DNA of 64,000 nucleotides from Candidatus Microgenomatus sp. (GCA_020724585.1 DYGS01000001.1:136096-200095); one strand, 5' to 3'; counted from the stretch's first letter, positions 36,854 to 46,721 are shown. The notes: a model not told the origin generated them from the sequence alone. Program-made: numbers and translations.

Positions 36854-37219
36854 ATGGTTCAATTAAGATCGATTTTAGTTCCAGCTGATAATTCAGGCGC
36901 CAAAAAATTGATGATAATTGGCGTTCCAGGAAGAATTGGGAAAGTGGCAACGCTTGGCGACACTGTTTTGTGTGTTGTAAAAGGAGCAGATCCAAACGGT
37001 ACTGTGAAAGATCATGAAAAAGTGAGCGCTGTCGTTGTTAGAGTTAGAAAAGAGGTAAGAAGAAAAGACGGAACATATATCAGATTTGATGATAATGCAG
37101 GCGTGGTAATTGATAAGCAGGGCATGCCTTTAGGAACTAGAGTTTTAGGGCCTGTTGCAAGAGAAGTAAAAGAAGTTGGATTTAATAAAATTGCATCATT
37201 GTCAAGGGAGGTTGTCTAA
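36854..37219 (+). CDS. rplN: 50S ribosomal protein L14
   Basis: ADNSGAK, DGTYIRFDDNA and GTRVLGPVARE motifs. Confidence 0.99.
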   Translation: MVQLRSILVPADNSGAKKLMIIGVPGRIGKVATLGDTVLCVVKGADPNGTVKDHEKVSAVVVRVRKEVRRKDGTYIRFDDNAGVVIDKQGMPLGTRVLGPVAREVKEVGFNKIASLSREVV

Positions 37220-37223
37220 AAAT

Positions 37224-37541
37224 ATGGGAAATAAAATAGTAAAGATTAAAAAAGGTGATTTAGTAAAGGTGGTTTTGGGTAAAGATAAAGGCCGCGAGGG
37301 TAAGGTTGAAGCTGTGTATAAAAAGAAGAATGCGGTATTAGTTCCTACGCTAAATCTTTATAAAAGACATTTAAAAGGCGGCCAAGGACAAAAAAGCGGT
37401 ATCTATGAGGTGCCAAGGCCAATAAATGTTTCTAAAATTATGCTAATTTGCCCAAACTGCAAAAAAATAACGCGAGTTGGGTTTAAAATTGAAAAAAAAG
37501 AAAAGTTTAGAGTTTGTAGGAAATGCAATAAAAGAATATGA
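37224..37541 (+). CDS. rplX: 50S ribosomal protein L24
   Basis: IKKGD.V.V..GKDKG KOW motif; CPNC/CRKC; start at ATG 37224. Confidence 0.97.
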   Translation: MGNKIVKIKKGDLVKVVLGKDKGREGKVEAVYKKKNAVLVPTLNLYKRHLKGGQGQKSGIYEVPRPINVSKIMLICPNCKKITRVGFKIEKKEKFRVCRKCNKRI

Positions 37542-38086
37542 GTAGATTAAAAGAATATTACAACAGTAAAATAGTGCCAATTCTTATGGAAGAGTTTGGT
37601 ATAAAAAATAAGATGGGCGTGCCCAAACTTGTTAAAATCAATGTCAATGTTGGAATTGGTGACTTAACAAAAAATAAAGAGGGAAAGGAAAAATTGGAGC
37701 AGGATTTTAACAATATCTGCGGCCAAAAATTATCAGAAAGAAGAGCCAAGATTTCAGTTGCATCATTTTCAGTCAGGCAGGGGATGGTTGTTGGGCTGGG
37801 AGCAACATTAAGAAAGAACAGGATGTATGATTTTTTTGATAAATTTGTTAATATCGTTCTTCCAAGACTTAGAGATTTTAGAGGCGTTAAGGTTTCCGGT
37901 TTTGATAACTACGGAAACTACACGATTGGGCTAACGGATCATACCGTTTTTCCTGAAATTGATACATCAAAATCTGCTCCGGCGCATGGATTTGAGATTA
38001 CTTTTGTTACAAATGCTAAAGATCAGGAAAAAGGCAAAAGATTATTAGAATTATTAGGGATGCCCTTTAAGAAAAAAGATAAATGA
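37538..38086 (+). CDS. rplE: 50S ribosomal protein L5
   Basis: LPRLRDFRG, FD..GNYT.G, FPEI and GMPF motifs. Confidence 0.98.
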   Translation: MSRLKEYYNSKIVPILMEEFGIKNKMGVPKLVKINVNVGIGDLTKNKEGKEKLEQDFNNICGQKLSERRAKISVASFSVRQGMVVGLGATLRKNRMYDFFDKFVNIVLPRLRDFRGVKVSGFDNYGNYTIGLTDHTVFPEIDTSKSAPAHGFEITFVTNAKDQEKGKRLLELLGMPFKKKDK

Positions 38087-38119
38087 TAAAAATGAAAATG
38101 ATAAACTATTTAGCATTTA
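38077..38119. repeat. 43-bp dispersed repeat, copy 1 (rplE-rpsN spacer)
   Basis: 40/43 identical to 43521-43563 by manual alignment. Confidence 0.8.
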
Positions 38120-38147
38120 GTTTTTTGAAATTTAGCATTTAACAATT

Positions 38148-38333
38148 ATGGCAAAAATATCAAAAATTGTAAGAGAAACAAAAAAACTAAAATATAAAGT
38201 GCGCTACCGCAACAGGTGCAGAATCTGCGGCAGGTCAAGGGGATATATCAGAAAATATGGGATCTGCAGATTATGTTTTAGAAGTCAGGCTTTGGCTGGA
38301 AATTTGCCTGGGGTTAGAAAGGCAAGCTGGTAA
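38148..38333 (+). CDS. rpsN: 30S ribosomal protein S14, zinc-binding type
   Basis: 61 aa; RCRICGR...CRLCFR and PGVRKASW motifs. Confidence 0.99.
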   Translation: MAKISKIVRETKKLKYKVRYRNRCRICGRSRGYIRKYGICRLCFRSQALAGNLPGVRKASW

Positions 38334-38334
38334 T

Positions 38335-38712
38335 ATGACAAACTATCATTTAGGTGATTTTCTAATCAGACTTAAAAATGCCGCAATGGCGAACTTGAAA
38401 GAGGTTTCGTTTCCAAAGACGAAACTTGTTTTGGCTGTTGCCCAAGTGTTGAAAAAGGAAAAATTTATAGATGAGATTAAAGTTTTGGAGAATAAAATAG
38501 TGGTAACATTAACATATTATTCAAAAAAACCAATTTTAACTGATGTGGCCATTGTCTCAAAACCTGGTCTCAGAATTTACATGAATGTAGATAAAATTGA
38601 AAAAATTAAAAGTCCGTATACTTTTATTTTCTCAACAAATAAAGGAGTGATGACCAAGGAAACTGCTGTTAAAGAAAGAATCGGAGGCGAGTTAATAGCA
38701 AAAGTTATTTAA
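38335..38712 (+). CDS. rpsH: 30S ribosomal protein S8
   Basis: DFLIRLKNA, SKPGLRIY, STNKGVM and GGEL motifs; start at ATG 38335. Confidence 0.97.
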   Translation: MTNYHLGDFLIRLKNAAMANLKEVSFPKTKLVLAVAQVLKKEKFIDEIKVLENKIVVTLTYYSKKPILTDVAIVSKPGLRIYMNVDKIEKIKSPYTFIFSTNKGVMTKETAVKERIGGELIAKVI

Positions 38713-38717
38713 TTATT

Positions 38718-39260
38718 ATGAGTAAAATCGGAAAAAAACCAATTAAATTGCCAGGCGGGACAACAGTTGAGGTTAGTGGAAAAACTTTGAGTGCTAAAGG
38801 TACAAAAGGCGTTTTGGAAATCAAATTACCTGAAAATCTGAAAGTCAAAGTTGAGGATGGAAGCATTTTCGTGTCCGCCCAAAAAAATGACAGAGAGACA
38901 ATTTCAATGTGGGGAACGATCGCCAAAATTATATCTAACATGGTTAATGGAGTGAGTGAGGGGTGGCAGAAGCAATTAGAAATTATTGGTACCGGTTACA
39001 GAGCAGAAGTTCAGGGTAATACTTTAATTTTAACTGTTGGATATTCGCACCCTGTTAAAATTGAAGCACCTGAAAATATCAGTTTTTCTGTTGCCAAAAA
39101 TGTGATAACAGTTTTTGGCATAGACAGACAGGTAGTTGGCCAGATTGCGGCAGAGATTAGAAAAGTTAGGCCGCCCGAGCCGTATAAAGGCAAGGGTATA
39201 AAGTATATCGATGAGGTTATCCGAAGAAAGGCAGGTAAAGCGGCCAAAGCAGCTGCTTAA
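38718..39260 (+). CDS. rplF: 50S ribosomal protein L6
   Basis: MSKIGKKPI, G.GYRA and RPPEPYKGKGI motifs. Confidence 0.99.
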   Translation: MSKIGKKPIKLPGGTTVEVSGKTLSAKGTKGVLEIKLPENLKVKVEDGSIFVSAQKNDRETISMWGTIAKIISNMVNGVSEGWQKQLEIIGTGYRAEVQGNTLILTVGYSHPVKIEAPENISFSVAKNVITVFGIDRQVVGQIAAEIRKVRPPEPYKGKGIKYIDEVIRRKAGKAAKAAA

Positions 39261-39268
39261 GTGAAAAT

Positions 39269-39619
39269 ATGAAAAAAGAATTGAATTTCAACAGAAGAAA
39301 GAATAGGACTAGAATAAAGATAAAAAGTTTGACCGACAAACCTAGGATTTGTGTCTACAAATCAAACAGGTTTATGTATGTACAGACAATTGACAGTGAC
39401 GGCAATGTGATTGGCGCCGTTTCTGATAAGAGTTTAGGAAAACTCGGCAAGCTAGGCAAGAACAATATAGATAGGATGAAAGAGCTTGGTAAGATGATAG
39501 CAGAAAAATTGTTGAAGAAAAAAGTAAAAGATGTTGTTTTTGACAGAAGCGGGTACAGATATCACGGTCGTGTGAAAGCTGTCGCCCAAGGAGCAAGGGA
39601 AGGAGGGCTAGTCTTTTAA
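39269..39619 (+). CDS. rplR: 50S ribosomal protein L18
   Basis: VVFDRSGYRYHGRVKA..AREGGL.F motif. Confidence 0.98.
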   Translation: MKKELNFNRRKNRTRIKIKSLTDKPRICVYKSNRFMYVQTIDSDGNVIGAVSDKSLGKLGKLGKNNIDRMKELGKMIAEKLLKKKVKDVVFDRSGYRYHGRVKAVAQGAREGGLVF

Positions 39620-40113
39620 TGGATAAGAATTATTATAACCAACAAGAAAAAGAGTTTATTGATACAGTTGTTGAAATAAACAGAATTTCCAAAAAAACAA
39701 AGGGTGGAAATCAGATCAGATTTGCTGCAACGGTTGTTGTTGGTGATAAAAAAGGTAAAGTTGGAGTTGGCAATGCAAAGGCGACAGATGTCCGAAATGC
39801 TATTAGAAAATCAATCGAGGATGCTAAAAAGAATATGGTTAGCGTTTTAATAAAAGGAACGACCATCCCTTGCTCAGTTAACTATAAATTAGGAGCGTCT
39901 AGAATTATTCTAAAACCCGCTCCTCCTGGTTCAGGAATTATAGCAGGAGGACCCATGAGAATTGTTTTGGAAACAGCTGGTTTTAAAGATGTCGTTGGAA
40001 AGGTCTTGGGAAGCAACAATAAGATATTAAATGTTCGAGCAACTGTTGAAGCCTTGGAAAAAACAAGATTTTTATTTGAGAAAAAGAGCTTTCAAAAAGG
40101 GGGTAAAAGGTAA
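39619..40113 (+). CDS. rpsE: 30S ribosomal protein S5
   Basis: KKTKGG..RF...VVVGD..G.VG.G and PA..G.GIIAGG motifs. Confidence 0.98.
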   Translation: MDKNYYNQQEKEFIDTVVEINRISKKTKGGNQIRFAATVVVGDKKGKVGVGNAKATDVRNAIRKSIEDAKKNMVSVLIKGTTIPCSVNYKLGASRIILKPAPPGSGIIAGGPMRIVLETAGFKDVVGKVLGSNNKILNVRATVEALEKTRFLFEKKSFQKGGKR

Positions 40114-40115
40114 AT

Positions 40116-40478
40116 ATGGCAAAAAGAGTTGGCAGAGGTTACGGCAGCGGTAAAGGCGGACATACAACCGGCCGAGGTCAAAAAGGTCAAAAGGCCAGGG
40201 GCAGTGTTCATATCCTTTTTGAGGGTTTGAAGGTCAAAAAATCAACACTTAAGAAGTTACCTCTTTTGAGGGGAAAGGGCAAATTTGCTCCAAAACAAAA
40301 GCCTGTTATTGTTAATATCAATAAATTGAAGGATTTAAAACCGGGCGATGAAGTAACCCTAGAATTATTGGTCAGGAAGGGAATTATTTCAGCTAAATTG
40401 GCAAAATTAGGCATTAAAATTTTGGGAAAAAGCGAATTTAAGAAAGACTTAATTTTTAAAGTGCCTGTTTCAAAATAA
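40116..40478 (+). CDS. rplO: 50S ribosomal protein L15 (short)
   Basis: RVGRG.GSGKG..TGRGQKGQKAR and FEG motifs. Confidence 0.97.
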   Translation: MAKRVGRGYGSGKGGHTTGRGQKGQKARGSVHILFEGLKVKKSTLKKLPLLRGKGKFAPKQKPVIVNINKLKDLKPGDEVTLELLVRKGIISAKLAKLGIKILGKSEFKKDLIFKVPVSK

Positions 40479-41758
40479 TGTTTGACAAAATTGCCCAGTT
40501 TTTTAAAAAAGTAATTACACATAGAGCTTTAAGAAGAAAAATCTTAATAGTTGCCCTGGTTTTGGTTGTTTTTAGAATAGCTTCTCACATACCTGCGGCA
40601 GGGGTTGATAGAGAAAGTTTATCAGCTCTGTTTTTAGGAAGCCCGTTACTGTCGCTTCTTGATATCTTTTCAGGTGGAACTCTGGCCAATTTTTCAATTA
40701 TGGCGCTGGGGCTAAACCCTTATATAAATGCTTCAATTATAATGCAGATTTTAAGCTATGTTATTCCTTCGCTTGAAGAACTGCAAAAAGAAGGTGAGTA
40801 CGGACAGGAAAAAATAAATATGTACACAAGATATTTGACCGTCCCTCTGGCTGTTATGCAGAGCTTCGGAATGTACGCCTTATTAAAATCCCAATCAATA
40901 ATTTCCAATTTACAGTTTTTTGATTTGATGCTTTTGTGTTTAACAATGACAGCGGGTACGATGTTTGCTGTTTGGCTTGGAGACTTAATTACCGAATATG
41001 CATTTAAAAATGGCGTATCTTTCTTAATTTTTATAGGTATCGTTTCAAGATTGCCTGTTGTTATTGGTCAAACTTATTCAACATTTGATGCGCAAGATAT
41101 ATTTAAATATTTAATTTTTGCAATTTTGGCAATTGTTATTATGGGAACAATTATATTTTTTAATGAGGCAATTAGAAAAATACCAATAAGTTATGCCAAA
41201 CAAACAAGCGGTTTAAGACAAAATCAATCATACCTGCCCTTAAGACTGAATCAGGCAGGGGTGATCCCTATAATTTTTGCAGTATCTTTGGTTTTAATGC
41301 CCTCAATGATTGTTCAGTTTTTAGGTTCATCCGGCAATGAGGCAATAACAAATTTAGCCTTAAATATTCAAAAATATCTTGATCCTAATTCATTTTTCTA
41401 TAATTTAATTTATTTCTTACTCGTTTTAGGATTTACATATTTTTACACATCTGTTGTTTTTAATCCGGAAAAAATATCTGAGAATTTGCAGAAATCGGGC
41501 GGATTTATTCCTGGAATCAGGCCTGGGCAATCAACCATTAAATATTTAAGCTTTGTGTTAAATAGAATTACGCTGGTTGGGGCAAGTTTTCTGGGAGCAG
41601 TAGCCGTTCTTCCATCGATTTTCCAAAACACAATTGGAATTGCCAACTTAGCAATTGGCGGGACGGGGCTTCTAATTGCAATATCTGTGGTTTTGGAGAT
41701 TATTAGGGAAATTGAGGGAGAGATGGTTATGACAAAATACGAGATTTATACAAGATGA
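40478..41758 (+). CDS. secY: Preprotein translocase subunit SecY
   Basis: SIMALGLNPYINASII, AGVIPIIFA and GFIPGIRPG motifs; multi-TM. Confidence 0.99.
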   Translation: MFDKIAQFFKKVITHRALRRKILIVALVLVVFRIASHIPAAGVDRESLSALFLGSPLLSLLDIFSGGTLANFSIMALGLNPYINASIIMQILSYVIPSLEELQKEGEYGQEKINMYTRYLTVPLAVMQSFGMYALLKSQSIISNLQFFDLMLLCLTMTAGTMFAVWLGDLITEYAFKNGVSFLIFIGIVSRLPVVIGQTYSTFDAQDIFKYLIFAILAIVIMGTIIFFNEAIRKIPISYAKQTSGLRQNQSYLPLRLNQAGVIPIIFAVSLVLMPSMIVQFLGSSGNEAITNLALNIQKYLDPNSFFYNLIYFLLVLGFTYFYTSVVFNPEKISENLQKSGGFIPGIRPGQSTIKYLSFVLNRITLVGASFLGAVAVLPSIFQNTIGIANLAIGGTGLLIAISVVLEIIREIEGEMVMTKYEIYTR

Positions 41759-42384
41759 ACATAATATTTTTTGGGCCTCAAGGTTCGGGCAAAGGAACAC
41801 AAGCAAGACTTTTATCAGAAAAATACGGATTTTTCTATTTTGAATCAGGAGCTTATTTGAGGCGCTTAGCCTTGGAACACCCTGATATTAAAGCAATTAT
41901 GGACTCGGGTAAACTTGTTCCCGATCAAGAGTTTACATCGTATTTGACAGCTTATTTAGATGAACAAAATTTATACGATGGAATTATTTTTGATGGTTTT
42001 CCGAGGACAGTTGAACAATATTTGTTTTTAAAAAAATGGCTATCGCAAAAAAAAGTATCAATTGATCTTGCTATTGTTCTTGAAATAAGTGAACGCGAGA
42101 CGATAAAAAGACTTAGCGCCCGAAGGCTTGATCCAGAAACTGGCAGGATTTATAACTTAATAACCGATCCTCCGCCAAATGATATAACGACAAGGCTCAT
42201 CCAAAGAGATGATGACAAGCCGAGCGCTATATCAAGGCGGCTTGCAATTTATAATGTTAAAACAAAAGAGCTGATTGAGTATTTTAAGAAAAATACTAAA
42301 GTTATAAGGATTAATGGTGAGAGGCCAATTGAAGAAATACATAAAGATATAATAAATGTTGTTGAAAGTCTTCGGCCAAAATGA
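41755..42384 (+). CDS. adk: Adenylate kinase
   Basis: GPQGSGKGTQ, G.LVPD, DGFPR and QRDDD motifs. Confidence 0.97.
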   Translation: MNIIFFGPQGSGKGTQARLLSEKYGFFYFESGAYLRRLALEHPDIKAIMDSGKLVPDQEFTSYLTAYLDEQNLYDGIIFDGFPRTVEQYLFLKKWLSQKKVSIDLAIVLEISERETIKRLSARRLDPETGRIYNLITDPPPNDITTRLIQRDDDKPSAISRRLAIYNVKTKELIEYFKKNTKVIRINGERPIEEIHKDIINVVESLRPK

Positions 42385-43136
42385 ACAAATTAACTATAAA
42401 AACCCCAGAGGAACTAAAAATTATGCAAGAGTGTGGGAAAATTTTATCGGATATTAAAAAAACGCTTGTTAATCATATAAAAATTGGGGTGTCGGCTTTT
42501 GATATAGATAAACTGGCTGAAAACTTAATTGAAAAAGCAGGTGCTAAACCTTCTTTTAAAATGGTAAAAGATTATAAATGGTCAACTTGTATAAGTGTAA
42601 ACGAAGGTGTTGTTCACGGCATTCCACATAAACACATAATTTTTAAACGAGGTGATTTAGTTAGTCTTGATTTGGGAATTTTTTACAAAGGGTTTCATAC
42701 AGACACCTCAACAACTCTTTGCTTAGGGAAGGATGCAATAAAGGATAGATTTTTAAATATTGGTAGAGAAGCTTTTTCCCATGCAGTTTATTCTATTAAA
42801 CCAAATAACTCCTATATTTATGATATCTCTAACGCAATGGAAAGCGTTTTGATTAAAAATGGCTATTCGCCAATAAAGGATCTAACGGGACATGGCATAG
42901 GCAAAAACTTACATGAAGACCCTTATATTCCATGTTTTGCTTCCGGTAGAAGAGAGGATACAGCAAAAATAATTACCGGCATGGCTCTTGCAATTGAAGT
43001 AATGTATGTTGAAGGTAATTCAAAGTTGATGGTTGAAAATGATGGGTGGACAATTAAGACTCGAGATGGTAAAATGGCAGGGCTTTTTGAAGATACTGTA
43101 ATAGTTACCCAAAAAGGTTATAAAGTAATCACTTAA
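42381..43136 (+). CDS. map: Methionine aminopeptidase type I
   Basis: CISVNE.VVHGIP, GHGIG..LHEDP and AIE motifs. Confidence 0.97.
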   Translation: MNKLTIKTPEELKIMQECGKILSDIKKTLVNHIKIGVSAFDIDKLAENLIEKAGAKPSFKMVKDYKWSTCISVNEGVVHGIPHKHIIFKRGDLVSLDLGIFYKGFHTDTSTTLCLGKDAIKDRFLNIGREAFSHAVYSIKPNNSYIYDISNAMESVLIKNGYSPIKDLTGHGIGKNLHEDPYIPCFASGRREDTAKIITGMALAIEVMYVEGNSKLMVENDGWTIKTRDGKMAGLFEDTVIVTQKGYKVIT

Positions 43137-43173
43137 AAGGTTTTTAAGTGATTAATTTTTGATTTTTTTAAAA

Positions 43174-43392
43174 ATGAACAGAGATAAAGAAAATTACGAA
43201 GTTGAAGGTGAGGTTTTAGAGTTGCTGCCAAATACAATGTTTAGGGTTTTATTAAAAGACGGTAGGAAAGCTTTGGCCGTTTTAAAAGGAAGCCTTAGAA
43301 AGAGTTACATTAGGATTTTTCCAGGAGACAGGGTAAAAGTTGAAATGACGCCTTATGACTTGGAAAGAGGAAGAATCGTATATAAATTTTAA
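43174..43392 (+). CDS. infA: Translation initiation factor IF-1
   Basis: EG.V.E.LPN.MFRV and GDRV.VEMTPYD..RGRI motifs. Confidence 0.98.
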   Translation: MNRDKENYEVEGEVLELLPNTMFRVLLKDGRKALAVLKGSLRKSYIRIFPGDRVKVEMTPYDLERGRIVYKF

Positions 43393-43397
43393 AGATC

Positions 43398-43511
43398 ATG
43401 AAAGTTTTAGCGTCTGTTAAAAAAAGATGTAGGGATTGTAAACTTATTAAGCGAGCCGGGGTTTTGCGTGTGGTTTGTAAAAATCCAAGGCACAAACAAC
43501 GCCAGGGCTAA
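43398..43511 (+). CDS. rpmJ: 50S ribosomal protein L36 (below the ORF-track cutoff)
   Basis: Manual translation [37 protein letters not shown]. Confidence 0.98.
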   Translation: MKVLASVKKRCRDCKLIKRAGVLRVVCKNPRHKQRQG

Positions 43512-43520
43512 AGTCTGATA

Positions 43521-43563
43521 AGATAAATGATTAAAAAGAAAATGATAAATTATTTAGCATTTA
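43521..43563. repeat. 43-bp dispersed repeat, copy 2 (rpmJ-rpsM spacer)
   Basis: 40/43 identical to 38077-38119. Confidence 0.8.
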
Positions 43564-43569
43564 ATATAT

Positions 43570-43977
43570 ATGGCAAGATTAGCTGGAATTGAGTTAAATG
43601 ATAATTGGAGAGTTGATTATGCTTTAACAAAAATAAAAGGCATTGGTTGGTCGTTATCCAAAAAGGTTTTGGACAGTTTAAAAATTGCCCATTCTACAAG
43701 AATTAAGGATGTTTCAGTTGAGAATTTGAACAAAATTGGTTCCGAGATAGAAAAATATCCAATAGAGGGAGAACTTTTAAGAAAAGTCAGAGCAAATATT
43801 GCTCGACTCCAGGCAATTATTTCTTATAGAGGCTTAAGACATGCAAAAGGATTACCTGTTAGAGGCCAAAGAACTAAAACAAACGCCAGAACCAAAAGAG
43901 GAAAGAGAAAGACTGTTGGTGCATTTAAGAAAGAAGTTTTGGCTAAGCAAAAAACGGCCGAAAACGCGAAAAAATAA
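43570..43977 (+). CDS. rpsM: 30S ribosomal protein S13
   Basis: YRGLRH..GLPVRGQRTKTNART motif. Confidence 0.99.
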   Translation: MARLAGIELNDNWRVDYALTKIKGIGWSLSKKVLDSLKIAHSTRIKDVSVENLNKIGSEIEKYPIEGELLRKVRANIARLQAIISYRGLRHAKGLPVRGQRTKTNARTKRGKRKTVGAFKKEVLAKQKTAENAKK

Positions 43978-43980
43978 AAT

Positions 43981-44331
43981 ATGGCAAATAAATTAGGTAA
44001 AGTATATATATCAGCATCATTTAATAATACTTTGGTTACAATAACCAATGAAAAAGGGGAGACAATTACCTGGTCTTCCTCTGGAAATGTTGGCTTTAAA
44101 GGTACTCGAAAATCAACTCCATTTGCGGCTACTTCGGCTTTAGAAAAAGCTGTAACTAAAGCTAAAGAAAAAGGTGTCGAGGAAGTCGAGATTTATGTTA
44201 AAGGACCCGGTCCTGGCAGAGATGCCGCATTAAGAGCGATTAGAGCATCAGGAGTTAAAATATCGTCGATTGCGGATGTTACGCCAATTCCGCATAATGG
44301 TCCAAGGCCGAAAAAGCACAGGCGGGCATAG
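43981..44331 (+). CDS. rpsK: 30S ribosomal protein S11
   Basis: SFNNT, KSTPFAA and DVTPIPHNG motifs. Confidence 0.99.
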   Translation: MANKLGKVYISASFNNTLVTITNEKGETITWSSSGNVGFKGTRKSTPFAATSALEKAVTKAKEKGVEEVEIYVKGPGPGRDAALRAIRASGVKISSIADVTPIPHNGPRPKKHRRA

Positions 44332-44353
44332 AAACTATTAGTATTTAATTATT

Positions 44354-44956
44354 ATGGCAAGATATACAGGTCCAAAAGATAAATTATCAAGAAGGGAAGG
44401 GGTTGACCTCTTTGGGAAAGGGGCCAAACTGACGAGGTTGAATATTCCGCCTGGTGTTCATGGACCAAAAGGACTGACAAAATCGCAATCGCAGTTTGGA
44501 AGACAGCTTAGGGAGAAACAAAAGGTCAAAAGAATGTACGGATTGATGGAAAAACAGTTTAAAAAATATGTGGAAAAAGCACTTAAATCAAAGGGTAATA
44601 CGGGAGAGGCTCTTTTGGTTGAACTTGAGAGAAGGCTTGATAATGTTGTCTATAGATTAGGGTTTGCCAATACCAGGGCAATGGCCAGGCAGTTGGTTTC
44701 CCACAGACATATTGAGGTGAATGGAAAAAGAGTAAATATAGCTTCGTATCAAGCAAAAATTGGTGATTTAGTTTCACTTGTCGCAAAAGCTGTAAATAAT
44801 GTGAACATAAAAAAAGTTTTGGATAATGAGGATCATACTCTACCACCTTGGCTTGAAAGAAAAGCGACGGTTGGTAAAATACTACGGCTTCCTGTTAGAG
44901 AAGATATCAAAGAAGATGTGTCGGAATCTGATATAGTTGAATTTTACTCACGATAA
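44354..44956 (+). CDS. rpsD: 30S ribosomal protein S4
   Basis: MARYTGP, LERRLDNVVYRLG and IVEFYSR motifs. Confidence 0.99.
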   Translation: MARYTGPKDKLSRREGVDLFGKGAKLTRLNIPPGVHGPKGLTKSQSQFGRQLREKQKVKRMYGLMEKQFKKYVEKALKSKGNTGEALLVELERRLDNVVYRLGFANTRAMARQLVSHRHIEVNGKRVNIASYQAKIGDLVSLVAKAVNNVNIKKVLDNEDHTLPPWLERKATVGKILRLPVREDIKEDVSESDIVEFYSR

Positions 44957-45031
44957 CCTTGATTCTTATTCCCGTTGATTTGAATCAAGGATGATGGTAA
45001 AATTCGAGAACTTGAGATGAGGTGATATTTT

Positions 45032-45940
45032 ATGTCGCAAAAATTATTTGAAATTATTGAAGAAGAAAACAAGAATAATTATTCAAAGGTTGTAATTACT
45101 CCGTTGGAGCAGGGGTATGGTTACACATTGGGAAATTCTTTAAGGAGAGTACTTCTATCATCCTTAAAAGGAGCAGCAATTACCTCTGTTAAGATAGCGG
45201 GTGTTAATCATCAATTCTCTTCCCTTTTGGGAATGAAGGAAGATATTGTTGAATTCTGCCTTAATCTTAAAAAGGTTAGGTTATCCTATGACGGAGACAA
45301 GCCAACAACTGCAGCTCTTAAAGTATCAACTGTTGGAGAAGTAAAGGCAGGCGATATTAAAGTACCAACGGGTGTTAAGATTGCGAATCCCGGCCTGGTT
45401 CTGGCAGTTTTAAATAAAGGGGCAAAACTTGACGCGGTTTTAACTATCGAATCAGGAGTGGGTTATGTTCAAGCTGATACCAAAAATGTTTCGGAAATTG
45501 GTCTAATTCCATTAGACGCGGCATTTTCGCCTGTAGTTAGAGTCAATTATAAAGTTGAGGAGACTCGTGTTGGTAGACTTACGAATTATGACAAATTGAC
45601 TCTTGATATAGTAACTGACGGTACTATTGATGGGAAATCCGCAGTACAGCAGGCTGCCTCAATACTTGTTGATTATTTCAGTCAGATAGTAAATCCCAAA
45701 AAAGTTGAAAAAAAGAAAGAGGATCACGCGGTAAATGATCTGGGAGCAGTAGGAAAGCTTTCAGTTGAAGAAATTGGTCTTCCCACAAGGGTTGCAAATG
45801 CCTTAGTTAAGGCGGGATATGAAACTGTTGAAGCATTAGTTAAAGCAGATAAAAACGAACTTGTAAAAGTCAGGAATTTGGGCGAAAAATCTTTAAAAAT
45901 TATATCTGCTGCACTTGGGGAAAAAGGAGTTGCCTTTTAA
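45032..45940 (+). CDS. rpoA: RNA polymerase alpha subunit
   Basis: PLEQGYG.TLGNSLRRVLLSS, DA.FSPV and NLGEKS motifs. Confidence 0.99.
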   Translation: MSQKLFEIIEEENKNNYSKVVITPLEQGYGYTLGNSLRRVLLSSLKGAAITSVKIAGVNHQFSSLLGMKEDIVEFCLNLKKVRLSYDGDKPTTAALKVSTVGEVKAGDIKVPTGVKIANPGLVLAVLNKGAKLDAVLTIESGVGYVQADTKNVSEIGLIPLDAAFSPVVRVNYKVEETRVGRLTNYDKLTLDIVTDGTIDGKSAVQQAASILVDYFSQIVNPKKVEKKKEDHAVNDLGAVGKLSVEEIGLPTRVANALVKAGYETVEALVKADKNELVKVRNLGEKSLKIISAALGEKGVAF

Positions 45941-45943
45941 TTA

Positions 45944-46339
45944 ATGAAAAAATTGGTTTTTGGTAAAAAACTCTCAAGAGGGAGGTCTTCACGCGAGATG
46001 CTTTTTGTATCTTTAGTAGAGGGCCTTATTGGGAATGGCAAAATAGTAACAACTAAAGCTAAGGCTAAAGCTGTTGCAGGTTTTGCTGATAAGTTAGTGA
46101 CGCTTGCCAAAAAAGGAACGCTTTCATCAAAAAGACTAATACTAAAAAAGCTTAAAAACAGTAAGCTCTCCAGTAAATTGTGGCAGGATATTGCTAAATT
46201 GTTTGAAGATAGAAATGGCGGTTATACAAGGATTGTTCCTTTGGTTTCGAGGAAAGGAGACTTGGCAAAAATGGTCAGGCTTGAATGGACAAGCAAAAAG
46301 AAAGATGAAAACTTATCAACCAAAACAAAAAGAAATTAA
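45944..46339 (+). CDS. rplQ: 50S ribosomal protein L17
   Basis: I.TT.AKAK, R.GGYTRI and R.GD.A motifs. Confidence 0.97.
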   Translation: MKKLVFGKKLSRGRSSREMLFVSLVEGLIGNGKIVTTKAKAKAVAGFADKLVTLAKKGTLSSKRLILKKLKNSKLSSKLWQDIAKLFEDRNGGYTRIVPLVSRKGDLAKMVRLEWTSKKKDENLSTKTKRN

Positions 46340-46721
46340 AAGAGAGTGGCACTTGATTGATGCAAAAGACCAGATTTTAGGGAGACTTGCAACAAAAGCG
46401 GCGAATCTTTTGATGGGAAAACATAAAAATAACTATTCATCTCATATGGATTCTGGCGATTTCGTTGTTGTTATTAATGCAGAAAAAATTACCTTGACGG
46501 GTAAAAAAGCAGAATCAAAAGTTTATCGAAGCCACTCTGGATATCCTGGTGGTTTTAAAGAGGTAAGTTTCTCTAAAATGCTAAAGGAACATCCTAATAG
46601 AATTGTTGAATATGCTGTCTATGGGATGCTGCCGGATAATAGACTAAGAGATCAAAGAATAGCTAGGCTATTTGTAACCAGGGGTGAGAAACACAAATAT
46701 GAAAACAAATTCAATCGGTAG
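46305..46721 (+). CDS. rplM: 50S ribosomal protein L13
   Basis: W..IDA....LGRLA, D.GD.VVVINA, HSGYPGG and GMLP motifs; ATG at 46305. Confidence 0.98.
   Translation: MKTYQPKQKEIKREWHLIDAKDQILGRLATKAANLLMGKHKNNYSSHMDSGDFVVVINAEKITLTGKKAESKVYRSHSGYPGGFKEVSFSKMLKEHPNRIVEYAVYGMLPDNRLRDQRIARLFVTRGEKHKYENKFNR

Noticed and set aside
39430-39460. LGKLGKLGK repeat in L18 as a mobile insertion
   Set aside because: The DNA copies are divergent and in codon phase, in a naturally variable loop; the evidence is too weak.
46305-46339. rplQ/rplM overlap as a programmed frameshift or fusion
   Set aside because: Both proteins are complete, and similar overlaps occur throughout this compact operon.
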